A stretch of 64,000 bases of DNA. It comes from Chloroflexota bacterium. GTDB taxonomy: Bacteria; Chloroflexota; Limnocylindria; P2-11E. A model generated the notes under the pieces. The model had not been told where the DNA came from and ran no database searches. It was given only the letters and a program-made list of their open reading frames with translations. Location: assembly GCA_038040265.1 (NCBI GenBank), contig JBBPIP010000008.1:24844-88843 (forward strand), given 5' to 3'. The position numbers and the translations under genes are program-made. How positions within the stretch are numbered: the stretch's first letter is position 1; each line of letters starts with the position of its first letter. Below, piece by piece: positions 47,844 through 56,574 of the stretch.

Positions 47844-48680
47844 ATGCCGCGTCCGCAGGCTCCGCCCGTACAGGTCGCGCGCTGGCGCGCAGGCGACTGG
47901 CGCGACGATCGCGATCAGGTCGCCGCGGAGGAACCGCTCCAACTCTTACTCGATGGCAAGCCGCTCTCGATCGTCATGCGGACGCCCGGAAACGACCTCG
48001 AGCTGGCGCTCGGTCTCCTGTGGGCGGAGCGGGTCATCCGTTCGCTCGACGACATCGCTCGCGTCCGCATCAGCGCCGAGGCCCAGGAGAACGACCCGGC
48101 GGTCTCGCTCGCGAACGATCTGGTCGAATCGAACCACGTCGACGTCTATCTCCGCGCGAGCGGTGGTCGTCGCCCGGAGCGCTCGTTCCTCGCGACGTCC
48201 GCGTGCGGGGTCTGCGGCGCGACGACGGTCGAGTCGCTTGCCCTCGACTTCCCGCGTCTTCCACCCGGTCCGACGGTCAGCCCGGCGATGCTACCTGGGC
48301 TCTCCGATCGCCTTCGCGAGCAGCAGCGCATTTTCGAGTCGACGGGCGGCCTTCATGCGGCGGGACTCTTTGACGAGCACGGCGAGCTCGAGCTGCTCCG
48401 CGAGGACATCGGCCGTCACAACGCAGTCGACAAGATCGTCGGGCGCGCTTTGCTCGACGGCCGGCTGCCGCTCGCGCGCGCCGTCCTCGCAGTGAGCGGG
48501 CGAGCCGGCTACGAGGTGGTGCAAAAGGCGGTCGCGGCGGGAATCCCGATCCTCGCGGCGGTCGGCGCGCCGTCGAGCCTCGCGGTCGCGACCGCCGAAC
48601 GCTTCGGGATGACGCTCGTGGGGTTCCTTCGGGACGATCGCTTCAATGTGTACACGGCGCCGGAACGTATCGGGAGGTAG
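47844..48680 (+). CDS. fdhD: formate dehydrogenase accessory sulfurtransferase FdhD
   Basis: SACGVCG active-site loop and GRHNAVDK motif. 278 aa. Confidence 0.9.
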   Translation: MPRPQAPPVQVARWRAGDWRDDRDQVAAEEPLQLLLDGKPLSIVMRTPGNDLELALGLLWAERVIRSLDDIARVRISAEAQENDPAVSLANDLVESNHVDVYLRASGGRRPERSFLATSACGVCGATTVESLALDFPRLPPGPTVSPAMLPGLSDRLREQQRIFESTGGLHAAGLFDEHGELELLREDIGRHNAVDKIVGRALLDGRLPLARAVLAVSGRAGYEVVQKAVAAGIPILAAVGAPSSLAVATAERFGMTLVGFLRDDRFNVYTAPERIGR

Positions 48681-48682
48681 AC

Positions 48683-49615
48683 ATGGCCCGGATCGCTGGG
48701 GACAAGCTCCACCCGAAAGCGCGCGCGATCGTCGATCAGATAGCGGCGCTTCCTCAGCTCCCGAAGCTCACCCCTGTCGAGGCACGCGGCCGTCCCGTGC
48801 CGCTCGAGGCGGCGCCCGAGGCGGTCGGGACGGTGACCGCGCGGACGATCCCGGGCCCCGGCGGCCCTATGGCCGTCCGCATCTACCGCCCGAAGGACGC
48901 GCTCCGCAGTGCGCTCGTGTACTTCCACGGTGGCGGCTGGGTCCTCGGATCGCTCGAGAGCGCGGATGCGTCGTGCCGCGTTCTCGCGAATCGCTCTCGC
49001 TGTGTCGTGATCTCGATCGACTACCGGCTCGCGCCGGAGACGAAGTTCCCGGGGCCGGTCGAAGACGCCTACGCCGCGGTCCTATGGGCATCCAGCGCCG
49101 ACCAGGCGGCGGAGCTGCGAATCGATCCCACGAAGATTGCGGTCGGCGGTGCGAGCGCCGGCGGGAACCTCGCCGCCGCGGCAGCGCTCGTCGCCCGCGA
49201 TCGGGGCGGCCCGAAGATCGCGTTGCAGCTGCTCACCGTGCCGGTGACCGAGCTCAGCTCGCGGGCAGAGTCGCACCGTGAGTTCGCGGTCGGCTACGGG
49301 TTGAGCGCCGCCGACATGGAGTGGTTCGGGAGGCACTACGTTCGGACTGCGGCGGACGCGGACGACCCGCAAGCGTCCGTGCTCCGCGCGGGCTTGCACG
49401 GGCTGCCGCCGGCCTTCGTGATCACCGCGGAATGCGACCCACTGCGTGATGACGGAGAGGCATACGCCGATAAGCTGCGGAAGCTAGGCATTCGCGCCAG
49501 CTACAAGCGCTACCCGGGCATGTTTCACGGCTTCATGAGCTTCCCCGGAGTGCTGCCAGAAGCGGCGCAGGCGTTCGAGGATGCCGGATCCGCACTGCGA
49601 GAGGCGCTCGGCTAG
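48683..49615 (+). CDS. alpha/beta hydrolase, hormone-sensitive-lipase-type esterase
   Basis: HGGGW oxyanion motif and GGASAGG (GxSxG) nucleophile elbow. Confidence 0.85.
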   Translation: MARIAGDKLHPKARAIVDQIAALPQLPKLTPVEARGRPVPLEAAPEAVGTVTARTIPGPGGPMAVRIYRPKDALRSALVYFHGGGWVLGSLESADASCRVLANRSRCVVISIDYRLAPETKFPGPVEDAYAAVLWASSADQAAELRIDPTKIAVGGASAGGNLAAAAALVARDRGGPKIALQLLTVPVTELSSRAESHREFAVGYGLSAADMEWFGRHYVRTAADADDPQASVLRAGLHGLPPAFVITAECDPLRDDGEAYADKLRKLGIRASYKRYPGMFHGFMSFPGVLPEAAQAFEDAGSALREALG

Positions 49616-49627
49616 ACGCGTCCGAAG

Positions 49628-49912
49628 CTACGCGGGCGGCTCCTGCTCCAGCTCCGCACGCACCTCTCGGATAAACGCCGCGATCGCCGCTGCGTCCTCC
49701 GGTTTCGCTTCTCGCAAACGCTCGACCGCGACGCCGGCCGTATACGCGGCGAGGGGCGCAAAGCGGCGTTCCTTCGTGTGCGAGACGACTCGGGCGAGGT
49801 CCAGGAGCTCCTCGGCGACTTTCGGATCGAGTCTCGGCTCCTCGATTTTCACGCCGTGCCGTTCCGCGGCCTTCTGCCAGCGCTTGCCGAGCGACTCGAA
49901 GAACTCGTTCAT
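49628..49912 (-). CDS. small hypothetical protein (DUF6457-like?)
   Basis: 94-aa ORF. The resemblance to small proteins found next to molybdoenzyme genes is from memory only. Confidence 0.45.
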   Translation of the reverse strand: MNEFFESLGKRWQKAAERHGVKIEEPRLDPKVAEELLDLARVVSHTKERRFAPLAAYTAGVAVERLREAKPEDAAAIAAFIREVRAELEQEPPA

Positions 49913-49979
49913 CAGGCGAGAACCTTAGCGCCGCGCTTGCGTGTGGGGAAATGCCGGAGTAGAACGGGTTCCGATTCCG

Positions 49980-52900
49980 ATGACGGAAATCACTCGTCGT
50001 GAGTTCCTGAAGCTCGGAGCCGCCGGCACCGCCGGCATGGCGCTGGTTCCCCTTGCAAATCCCCTAGGTTTCGATGTCGCCGCGGCGAAAAAGCGCGCGC
50101 TTGACCTTCGCATATCGGGCGCCAAGGAAGTCCACTCGTTGTGCCCCTACTGCGCGGTCGGCTGCTCGCTCATCGCCTACACGAAAGAAGTCAACGGAAA
50201 GACCCAGCTGCTTCAGATCGAGGGAGACCCTGATAGCCCGGTGAACGAGGGCCGTCTCTGCCCGAAGGGCGCGGCCGCGATGCAGCTCGCCACGAGCGCG
50301 CGTCGCGTCGAAAAGCCGATGTACCGGGCGCCGGGCAGCACCAGCTGGGAAGCGAAGAGCTGGGACTTCATGCTCGACAAGCTCGCGCAAAACATCAAGG
50401 CGTCGCGCGACAACAGTTTCGTCGCGCAGGACGCGAACGGTAACGTCGTCAACCGCACCGAGGGAATCGCGTTCGCCGGGGGCGCCGCGTTCTCGTCCGA
50501 GGAGGGGTACTTCGCCACGAAGCTCATGCGGAGCTTGGGCGTCGTACATCTGGAGCAGCAAGCCCGGGTCTGACACGGCCCAACGGTGGTCAGTTTGGCC
50601 GCCTCATTCGGACGGGGAGCGATGACGAACCACTGGCGTGACATCAAGCACGCCGACCTCATCCTGATCAACGGGGCCAACCCCGCGGAGGCGCACCCCG
50701 TCGGGTTCCAATGGTTCGTCAAGGCGAAGCTCGATCCGACTAAGGGTCCGGGCTCCGGCGGCGGGGCGAAGATCATCCACGCCGATCCCCGGTTCACGCG
50801 GACCTCTGCGCTCGCCGACATCTACCTGCGTATCCGGACCGGCACCGACGTCGCCTACTTCGGCGGGCTCATCAACTACGTCATCCAGAACAAGCTCTAT
50901 CACGAGGAATACGTCAAGAACTACACGAACGCCTCCTTCATGGTGAAGGAGGGCTTCGACTTCAAGGACGGGCTGTTCTCGGGATTCAACCCGTCGACAC
51001 GCTCGTACGACATCTCGACGTGGGCGTATGAGCAAACGACGCCGCCGCCGCCGCAGGCGGGCGCGGCAGGGGCTGGCGCGGGTGCGGGAGCGACCGAGGG
51101 CCCGCCGACCAGCCAGTCGGGCTTCGCGAGACGCGACATGACATTGCAGGATCCCCGTTCCGTGTGGCAGCTCCTCATCAAGCACTACTCGCGCTACACG
51201 CCCGAGATGGTGTCGAGCATCACCGGCATTCCCGTCGACCAGTACCTCCAGGTCGCGAAGCTCGTCGGCGAGATGGGAAAGCCGGACAAGGTCATGACCA
51301 TCGTGTACGCAGTCGGCCTTACCCACCACACGACTGGCGGCCAGCTCATCCGATCGGGCGCTCTCCTGCAGCTCATCCTCGGCAACATGGGTCGCCCGGG
51401 CGGTGGGATGAACGCCGAGCGCGGTCACGCCAACATCCAGGGCAACACCGACCACGCGATCAGCTGGGAGATTCTCCCGGGCTACCTGCGCATCCCCGGT
51501 CCAGGGCAGAAGAACCTGACGGACTACGTCAACGTCAACGCGCCGAAGAAGAGCGACCCGAACTCGTGGAACTTCTTCGGCACGAACTACCGCAACTTCA
51601 TGGTCAGCCTCCTGAAAGGCTGGTACGGCGCAAAGGCCACGAAGGACAATGAGTTCGCGTTCGACTACATCCCGAAGCCCGCGGTGAACTCGTCGTGGAT
51701 GTCCATCTTCGACCAGGCGCTCAAAGGAAAGATGGAGGGCGTGATGCTCTCGGGCATGACGGCCACCTCCATCGGCCCGGATTCGAACCAGGTGATGGAA
51801 GCCCTCGGGAAGCTGAAGTGGCTCGTGGTCATGGACCCGCTGCCGACGACCAGCTCTGAGTTCTGGCACGCGCCCAACGTCGATCCGACGACGATCCAGA
51901 CCGAGGTCTTCATGCTGCCGACCACACACTGGATCGAGAAGGATGGGTCGTTCGTGAACAGCGGGCGGTGGTCGCAATGGAAGGACCAGGTCATCCCGCC
52001 CGAGGGCGAGGCGCGCCACGATCACTGGATCATGGCCGAGCTCTACGATCGCGTGAAGACGCTCTACAGGCAGCAGAGCGGGAAGTTCCCCGATCCGATC
52101 ATGGCGCTCACGCTCGACTACAAGGATCCGAAGAAGCCCGAGCTTGACGAGCTCGCGAAAGAGATCAACGGAAAGAACCTCGCGACCGGTGGGCAGATGG
52201 CGAGCTTCGCCCTCCTGAAAGACGACGGATCGACGACCGCGGGTGACTGGATCTACACCGGCAGCTACCCCGACGCGGGCAACCTCTCGAAGCGGCGCAA
52301 CGGGATCTCGAATCCGCAGCTGAACGATCCAACGGGTATGGGCTTCTACCCCAACTGGGCCTGGAGCTGGCCGCTCAACCGCCGCGTCCTCTACAACCGC
52401 GCGTCGGCGGATCTCGAGGGCAAGCCGTGGGACCCCAAGCGCCCGGGCATCCAGTGGAACGGGACGACATGGACGGGCGACGTGCCCGACTACCCGGCGA
52501 CGATGAATCCCAAGGACCCCGCGGCGTGGCTGCCATTCATCATGAACGGCGAAGGCGTCGGCCGGCTCTTTTCGAGCTCGATGCTCGACGGTCCGTTCCC
52601 CGAGCACTACGAGCCGTATGAGGCGCCGATCCCCAACCCGCTGCACCCGAATCAATCGGAGGATCCCGTCGCGTTCTTGTACGACCAGGCCGCCGGGCGC
52701 CCGAGCCGCTTCGGCAAAGTCGACAAGTTCCCGTACGTCGCGACGAGCTACCGGCTCACGGAGCACGAGCACTACGTGACCCAGCACGTGCCGCTGCTGG
52801 TGGGCCTGCAGCCGCAAGCGTTCGTTGAGGTGCCGCAGGAGCTCGCCGACGAGAAGGGCATCAAGAACGGCGATCGTGTCCGCGTGTCCAGCGGGAGAGG

Positions 52901-53138
52901 AAAGCTCGAGGTCGCCGCGCTCGTCACCAAACGGCTCGGCCCGGTGACGCTCGCCGGGAATAAGAAGGTTTACCACATCGGCATCCCGATCCACTGGGGC
53001 TTCGTCGGCATATCCGCGGAGCAGAACCCCGATCACTCGAAGTATTGGCTCGCAAACGCCCTGACGCCGATGGTCGGCGACGTGGGTGCGCGGACGCCCG
53101 AGTTCAAGGCGTTCCTCGTGAACATCGAGAAGCTCTGA
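49980..53138 (+). CDS. fdnG: formate dehydrogenase-N-type catalytic subunit, Tat-exported, selenocysteine-containing (UGA at 50571-50573)
   Basis: Twin-arginine signal MTEITRREFLK and a CPYCAVGC Fe-S motif. ORFs 49941..50573 and 50586..53138 are in the same frame. The junction reads ...EQQARV-[TGA]-HGPTVVSLAASFGRGAMTNHW, matching the FdnG Sec site ARVUHGPTV. Confidence 0.92.
50577..50600 (+). promoter_or_regulatory. candidate bacterial SECIS hairpin
   Basis: GGCCCAAC-GGUGGUCA-GUUUGGCC: an 8-bp stem with one C.U mismatch, starting 4 nt after the UGA, with GGU in the loop. Hand-folded only. Confidence 0.4.
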
Positions 53139-53932
53139 TGACGCTTGTTGCCGAACCGACGACGACCTACGCGCAGCGCCGTGAGCGCGCTCGCGAGCTC
53201 GGCGCGCGCTTCGACTTCGCGCAGCAGCCGCTCGCGCTCTATCTCGCCGTCGTGGATGCGCAGGAGCGCGTATTCGACCGCGCGCAACGGGACCGACCGA
53301 GCCTGGGCGACCTTGCTGCGTACGTCGTGCGCGTGGCGCTCCCCGGCGTGATGGAGGCGGCCGTCGCCGCCGGCACTGAGACGTTGCGGGAGGCGACGCT
53401 TTTGCGTTTCCACGAGGCCGATCTCGAGGGCCTGATCGAGGCATGGCTCGAGGGCGACGAGACTTCTGCCACGGATACCTTCCTCGCCCGCGCGAGCAGC
53501 CAGCCGGTGCTCGAGGCGCTTCCCGACCTTGCCGCCCAGCTCCGTCCGACGGATGCGGATGAGCGACGCTGCCCGAGGTGCGGCGGCCTTCCCCAGCTCG
53601 CTGTGTTCCCGGAGACAGGCGAGGCACTCCTCACGGCGCAGCGCACGCTCGTCTGCTCGCGCTGCGCGAACGAGTGGGTGATGAGCCGCATGACGTGCGT
53701 GTCGTGCGGTGAGACCTCGGGCGCGAAGATGCCGATCCTGTCCGACGTCGATTCCTTCCCTCATTTAAGAGTCGACGCATGCGAGATCTGCCGGCGTTAT
53801 CTCATCACCGTCGATCTGCGCAAAGATTCGCGCGCCGTTCCGGTCGTCGACGAGCTCGCCGCGCTGCCGCTCGATCTGGTCGCCGCCGAGCGCGGCTACA
53901 CCAAGATCGCGCGCAATCTGATGGGGTTTTAG
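53138..53932 (+). CDS. fdhE: FdhE-like formate dehydrogenase maturation protein
   Basis: ATG overlaps the fdnG TGA. Four CxxC pairs (CPRCGG, CSRCANEW, CVSCGE, CEICRRY), as in FdhE. Confidence 0.8.
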   Translation: MTLVAEPTTTYAQRRERARELGARFDFAQQPLALYLAVVDAQERVFDRAQRDRPSLGDLAAYVVRVALPGVMEAAVAAGTETLREATLLRFHEADLEGLIEAWLEGDETSATDTFLARASSQPVLEALPDLAAQLRPTDADERRCPRCGGLPQLAVFPETGEALLTAQRTLVCSRCANEWVMSRMTCVSCGETSGAKMPILSDVDSFPHLRVDACEICRRYLITVDLRKDSRAVPVVDELAALPLDLVAAERGYTKIARNLMGF

Positions 53933-54781
53933 ATGGCCTTCTTAGAAAAGCCCATGGGGTTCTTCACCGACACGTCGATCTGCATCGGCTGCAAGGCCTG
54001 CGAGGTCGCCTGCAAGGAGTGGAATCAGCTCGAGGGGAACCCGCCAACGCTCACCGCCGACTCGTACGACAACACCGGGCAGCTCGACGCCCAGAACTGG
54101 CGGCATGTGCAGTTCATCGAAACCGTGCCGGACAACAACGGCGTGGTCTTCAACCCGACCCCGATCGCGGGCGGGCAAGCGTGGCTGATGATGAGCGACG
54201 TCTGCAAGCACTGTAAGAACGCGAGCTGCATGGAGGTGTGTCCGACGAACGCCCTCATGCGCACGGAATACGACACCGTTTATCTGCAGAAGGACGTCTG
54301 CAACGGTTGCCGGAACTGCATCTCGGCGTGCCCGTACGGCGTCATCGGTTTCAACGAGGAGCAGGGCGTCGCGCAAAAATGCACCCTCTGCTACGACCGG
54401 TTGCAGGGCGGCCTCCAGCCGGCGTGCGCGAAGGCATGCCCGACGGAATCGATCAAGTTCGGCTACATCGAGGACCTGCACAAGGTCGCCGACGATCGGC
54501 TCGCCAACTTGCAGAAGCAGGGCTACGCCAAGGCGCAGCTCTACGGCCGCGACGACAAGGTCTACGGCGGGCTCAACGCGTTCTTCCTTTTGATGGACAA
54601 GCCCGAGGTCTACAAGCTGCCCAACGCGGAGAACGCGACCCTTCCGAGCCGCAACAACCTGCCGGGCTACGTCGGCGGCGTCGCGACCGCGGTCGTCGGG
54701 CTCATCGCCGGACTCCTCGCGTTCCGCAGCGGCCGGATGAACGCGAACAACAACCACAACACGCAGCCGCCGTCGTCCTGA
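53933..54781 (+). CDS. fdnH: formate dehydrogenase Fe-S (beta) subunit with C-terminal TM anchor
   Basis: Multiple 4Fe-4S motifs (CIGCKACEVACK, CKHCKNASCMEVCP, CNGCRNCISACP, CTLCYDR...CAKACP) and a C-terminal hydrophobic helix. Confidence 0.92.
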   Translation: MAFLEKPMGFFTDTSICIGCKACEVACKEWNQLEGNPPTLTADSYDNTGQLDAQNWRHVQFIETVPDNNGVVFNPTPIAGGQAWLMMSDVCKHCKNASCMEVCPTNALMRTEYDTVYLQKDVCNGCRNCISACPYGVIGFNEEQGVAQKCTLCYDRLQGGLQPACAKACPTESIKFGYIEDLHKVADDRLANLQKQGYAKAQLYGRDDKVYGGLNAFFLLMDKPEVYKLPNAENATLPSRNNLPGYVGGVATAVVGLIAGLLAFRSGRMNANNNHNTQPPSS

Positions 54782-55680
54782 TGCCGCCAGCTGAGCACTT
54801 CGCCGCGGCCCCGCAATGGGAGTGGTGGATCCTGGGGTACTTCTTCTTTGGGGGCATCTCCGGCGGCAGCTACGCGCTCGGCACGCTGCTGCGCCTCGCC
54901 GGCGATCCACGGGACCGTTCTGCCTCGCAGCTCGCATACATCGCGAGCTTCGTCGCGCTTCTCCCGTGCCCAGTCTTCCTGATCGCCGACCTCGGCCAGC
55001 CGCTCCGCTTTATCCACATGCTCGTCGACGCGAGCCCGGGTGGCGGGCTCGCCTTCATACCGGACTCGCCGATGAGCCTCGGATCGTGGGCGCTCCTGGG
55101 CTTCGGTGTCTTCTCGTTCGGGTCGTTCCTGGGCGCCCTCGCCGAGGGCGGCACGGTCCGCGCGCTCGCGCCGCTCGCGCGCGCGATGCAGGGGCTGCCC
55201 GCCACGATCTGGGGCGTGATCGGCACCGGGCTCGGGTTCTTCATCTGTGGGTACACCGGGGTCCTCCTCGCAGTCTCGAATCAGGCCGTGTGGAGCGACG
55301 CCGGCTGGGCGCTCGGCGGCATGTTCCTGGCGTCGGCGCTCGCGGGGTCGGCCGCGTTGCTGCTTCTCCTGGCTCGCTCGCGCCGCGACGTAGATCCCGA
55401 CACCGCGGTTCGCCTCGAGACGGCGGACCGCTACTTCGTCATCCTCGAGACGATCCTCATAGTCGTATTCCTCATCACGCTCGCTATCGCGGGCACGATC
55501 GGTAAGGTCCTCGGCGTGTGGATCGTCCTCTGGCTCGTCGTGGTCATCGGGTTGGCCGCGCCGATCGCGATGCTGAGGTGGGACGCCGCGCGCCGCTGGC
55601 CGCCGGTGGCGGCACCGATCCTCGCGCTCCTCGGCGTGCTCGCGCTCCGCGCCCTCGTGATCTTCAGCGCGCAGACCTAG
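54781..55680 (+). CDS. NrfD/PsrC-family polytopic membrane (quinone-interacting) subunit
   Basis: The A of the fdnH TGA is shared with this ATG. WEWWILGYFFFGGISGGSY is the NrfD-family N-terminal signature. About 8 TM segments. Confidence 0.8.
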   Translation: MPPAEHFAAAPQWEWWILGYFFFGGISGGSYALGTLLRLAGDPRDRSASQLAYIASFVALLPCPVFLIADLGQPLRFIHMLVDASPGGGLAFIPDSPMSLGSWALLGFGVFSFGSFLGALAEGGTVRALAPLARAMQGLPATIWGVIGTGLGFFICGYTGVLLAVSNQAVWSDAGWALGGMFLASALAGSAALLLLLARSRRDVDPDTAVRLETADRYFVILETILIVVFLITLAIAGTIGKVLGVWIVLWLVVVIGLAAPIAMLRWDAARRWPPVAAPILALLGVLALRALVIFSAQT

Positions 55681-56090
55681 CCAACCGAGCAGAACGCGTA
55701 GAGCGCCTCGCAGAAGACGGAGCCAATGCGCAGGCGCTCCTCGTCGGAGAGATCCGAATCCCGCAGCCCATCGAAGACCGCCCGAACGCCGCTTGATTCG
55801 GGCGGGGCTGCGTCCTCGTGTGGGAGGTCCGCTCCGCGGACGATGAGACCCATGCGCGCGAGAGAGGCGTCCGAGAGGCCGTGGCGCTCCAGGAGTACTT
55901 CGAACGTGCAGCGTGCTCCGCGGTGGCTCAGCTCGACTCCGCGGATGTCGAACGCGGTTCCATCGATGGTCGCGACGTCCTTGGTCCGTGGGACGAACGC
56001 GAAGCTTGCATCGGGGTCGACGAATCGCCTGATGGCCCAGGCGGTGGCGATCCGATCGACGTGCAGCCGCTCGCGGGTGACGAACCGCAT
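55677..56090 (-). CDS. ChrB C-terminal (Chrome_Resist) domain protein
   Basis: TRERLHVDRIATAWAIRRFVDPDASFAFVP is the Chrome_Resist signature. It lies in frame with, and 3 nt downstream of, the TAA of the preceding ORF. Confidence 0.78.
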   Translation of the reverse strand: MRFVTRERLHVDRIATAWAIRRFVDPDASFAFVPRTKDVATIDGTAFDIRGVELSHRGARCTFEVLLERHGLSDASLARMGLIVRGADLPHEDAAPPESSGVRAVFDGLRDSDLSDEERLRIGSVFCEALYAFCSVG

Positions 56091-56093
56091 CGG

Positions 56094-56546
56094 TTAAACG
56101 GTCTTTTGGGCGCGGGCTCTATCGATGGCGCGGCGCGCGCGACCGCGCCCGGCGGCGCGGAAATGGTCCCGCGAGACGACCGAGCGATACCCGTGCTCGA
56201 GCGCGAGCACCCCGCGATGAGAAAGGCTGCGCCCGGCTTTCGCGCGCAGCGTCTCGTATTCCACATCTCGAGCCGACCGAACCCGTGCGCGGATCTCGGC
56301 CTCGTCGCGCTCTCTCAGGTCCGACACCGGTAGCACCCAGGCCTCGCCGCCGCTCTCGACGATCCGTTGAGCGAGCCACTCGGTCTGCTCGAGCAGGTCC
56401 TCGGTGTACGGGACCGCCGCGGCACCCGGCGTGAGCAGCGCGGCGCCCATCCGCTGAAGCATGCGCCACGTCGTTACGCGAGGCGTGCTCGATCCGGAGG
56501 GAAGTCGCCAGGTGAGGACCACCCATTTCGGCGCCGGGTTATTCAT
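56094..56546 (-). CDS. ChrB N-terminal domain protein
   Basis: WVVLTWRLPSGSSTPRVTTWRMLQRMGA resembles the ChrB N-domain start. Together with 55677..56090 it would form a full-length ChrB. Confidence 0.62.
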   Translation of the reverse strand: MNNPAPKWVVLTWRLPSGSSTPRVTTWRMLQRMGAALLTPGAAAVPYTEDLLEQTEWLAQRIVESGGEAWVLPVSDLRERDEAEIRARVRSARDVEYETLRAKAGRSLSHRGVLALEHGYRSVVSRDHFRAAGRGRARRAIDRARAQKTV

Positions 56547-56574
56547 CTGAAACGTATGTTACAGTCGAACTGCG

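Noticed and set aside
49913-49979. Molybdenum-cofactor riboswitch upstream of the FDH operon, or a cobalamin riboswitch upstream of the mutase genes
   Set aside because: The FDH leader is only ~65 nt and has no recognisable Moco-motif features. The mutase genes have no leader at all because their starts overlap upstream genes.
50604-53627. 1007-aa minus-strand ORF
   Set aside because: It is antisense to fdnG/fdhE, which have unmistakable motifs, and its composition is Arg/Pro-rich nonsense.
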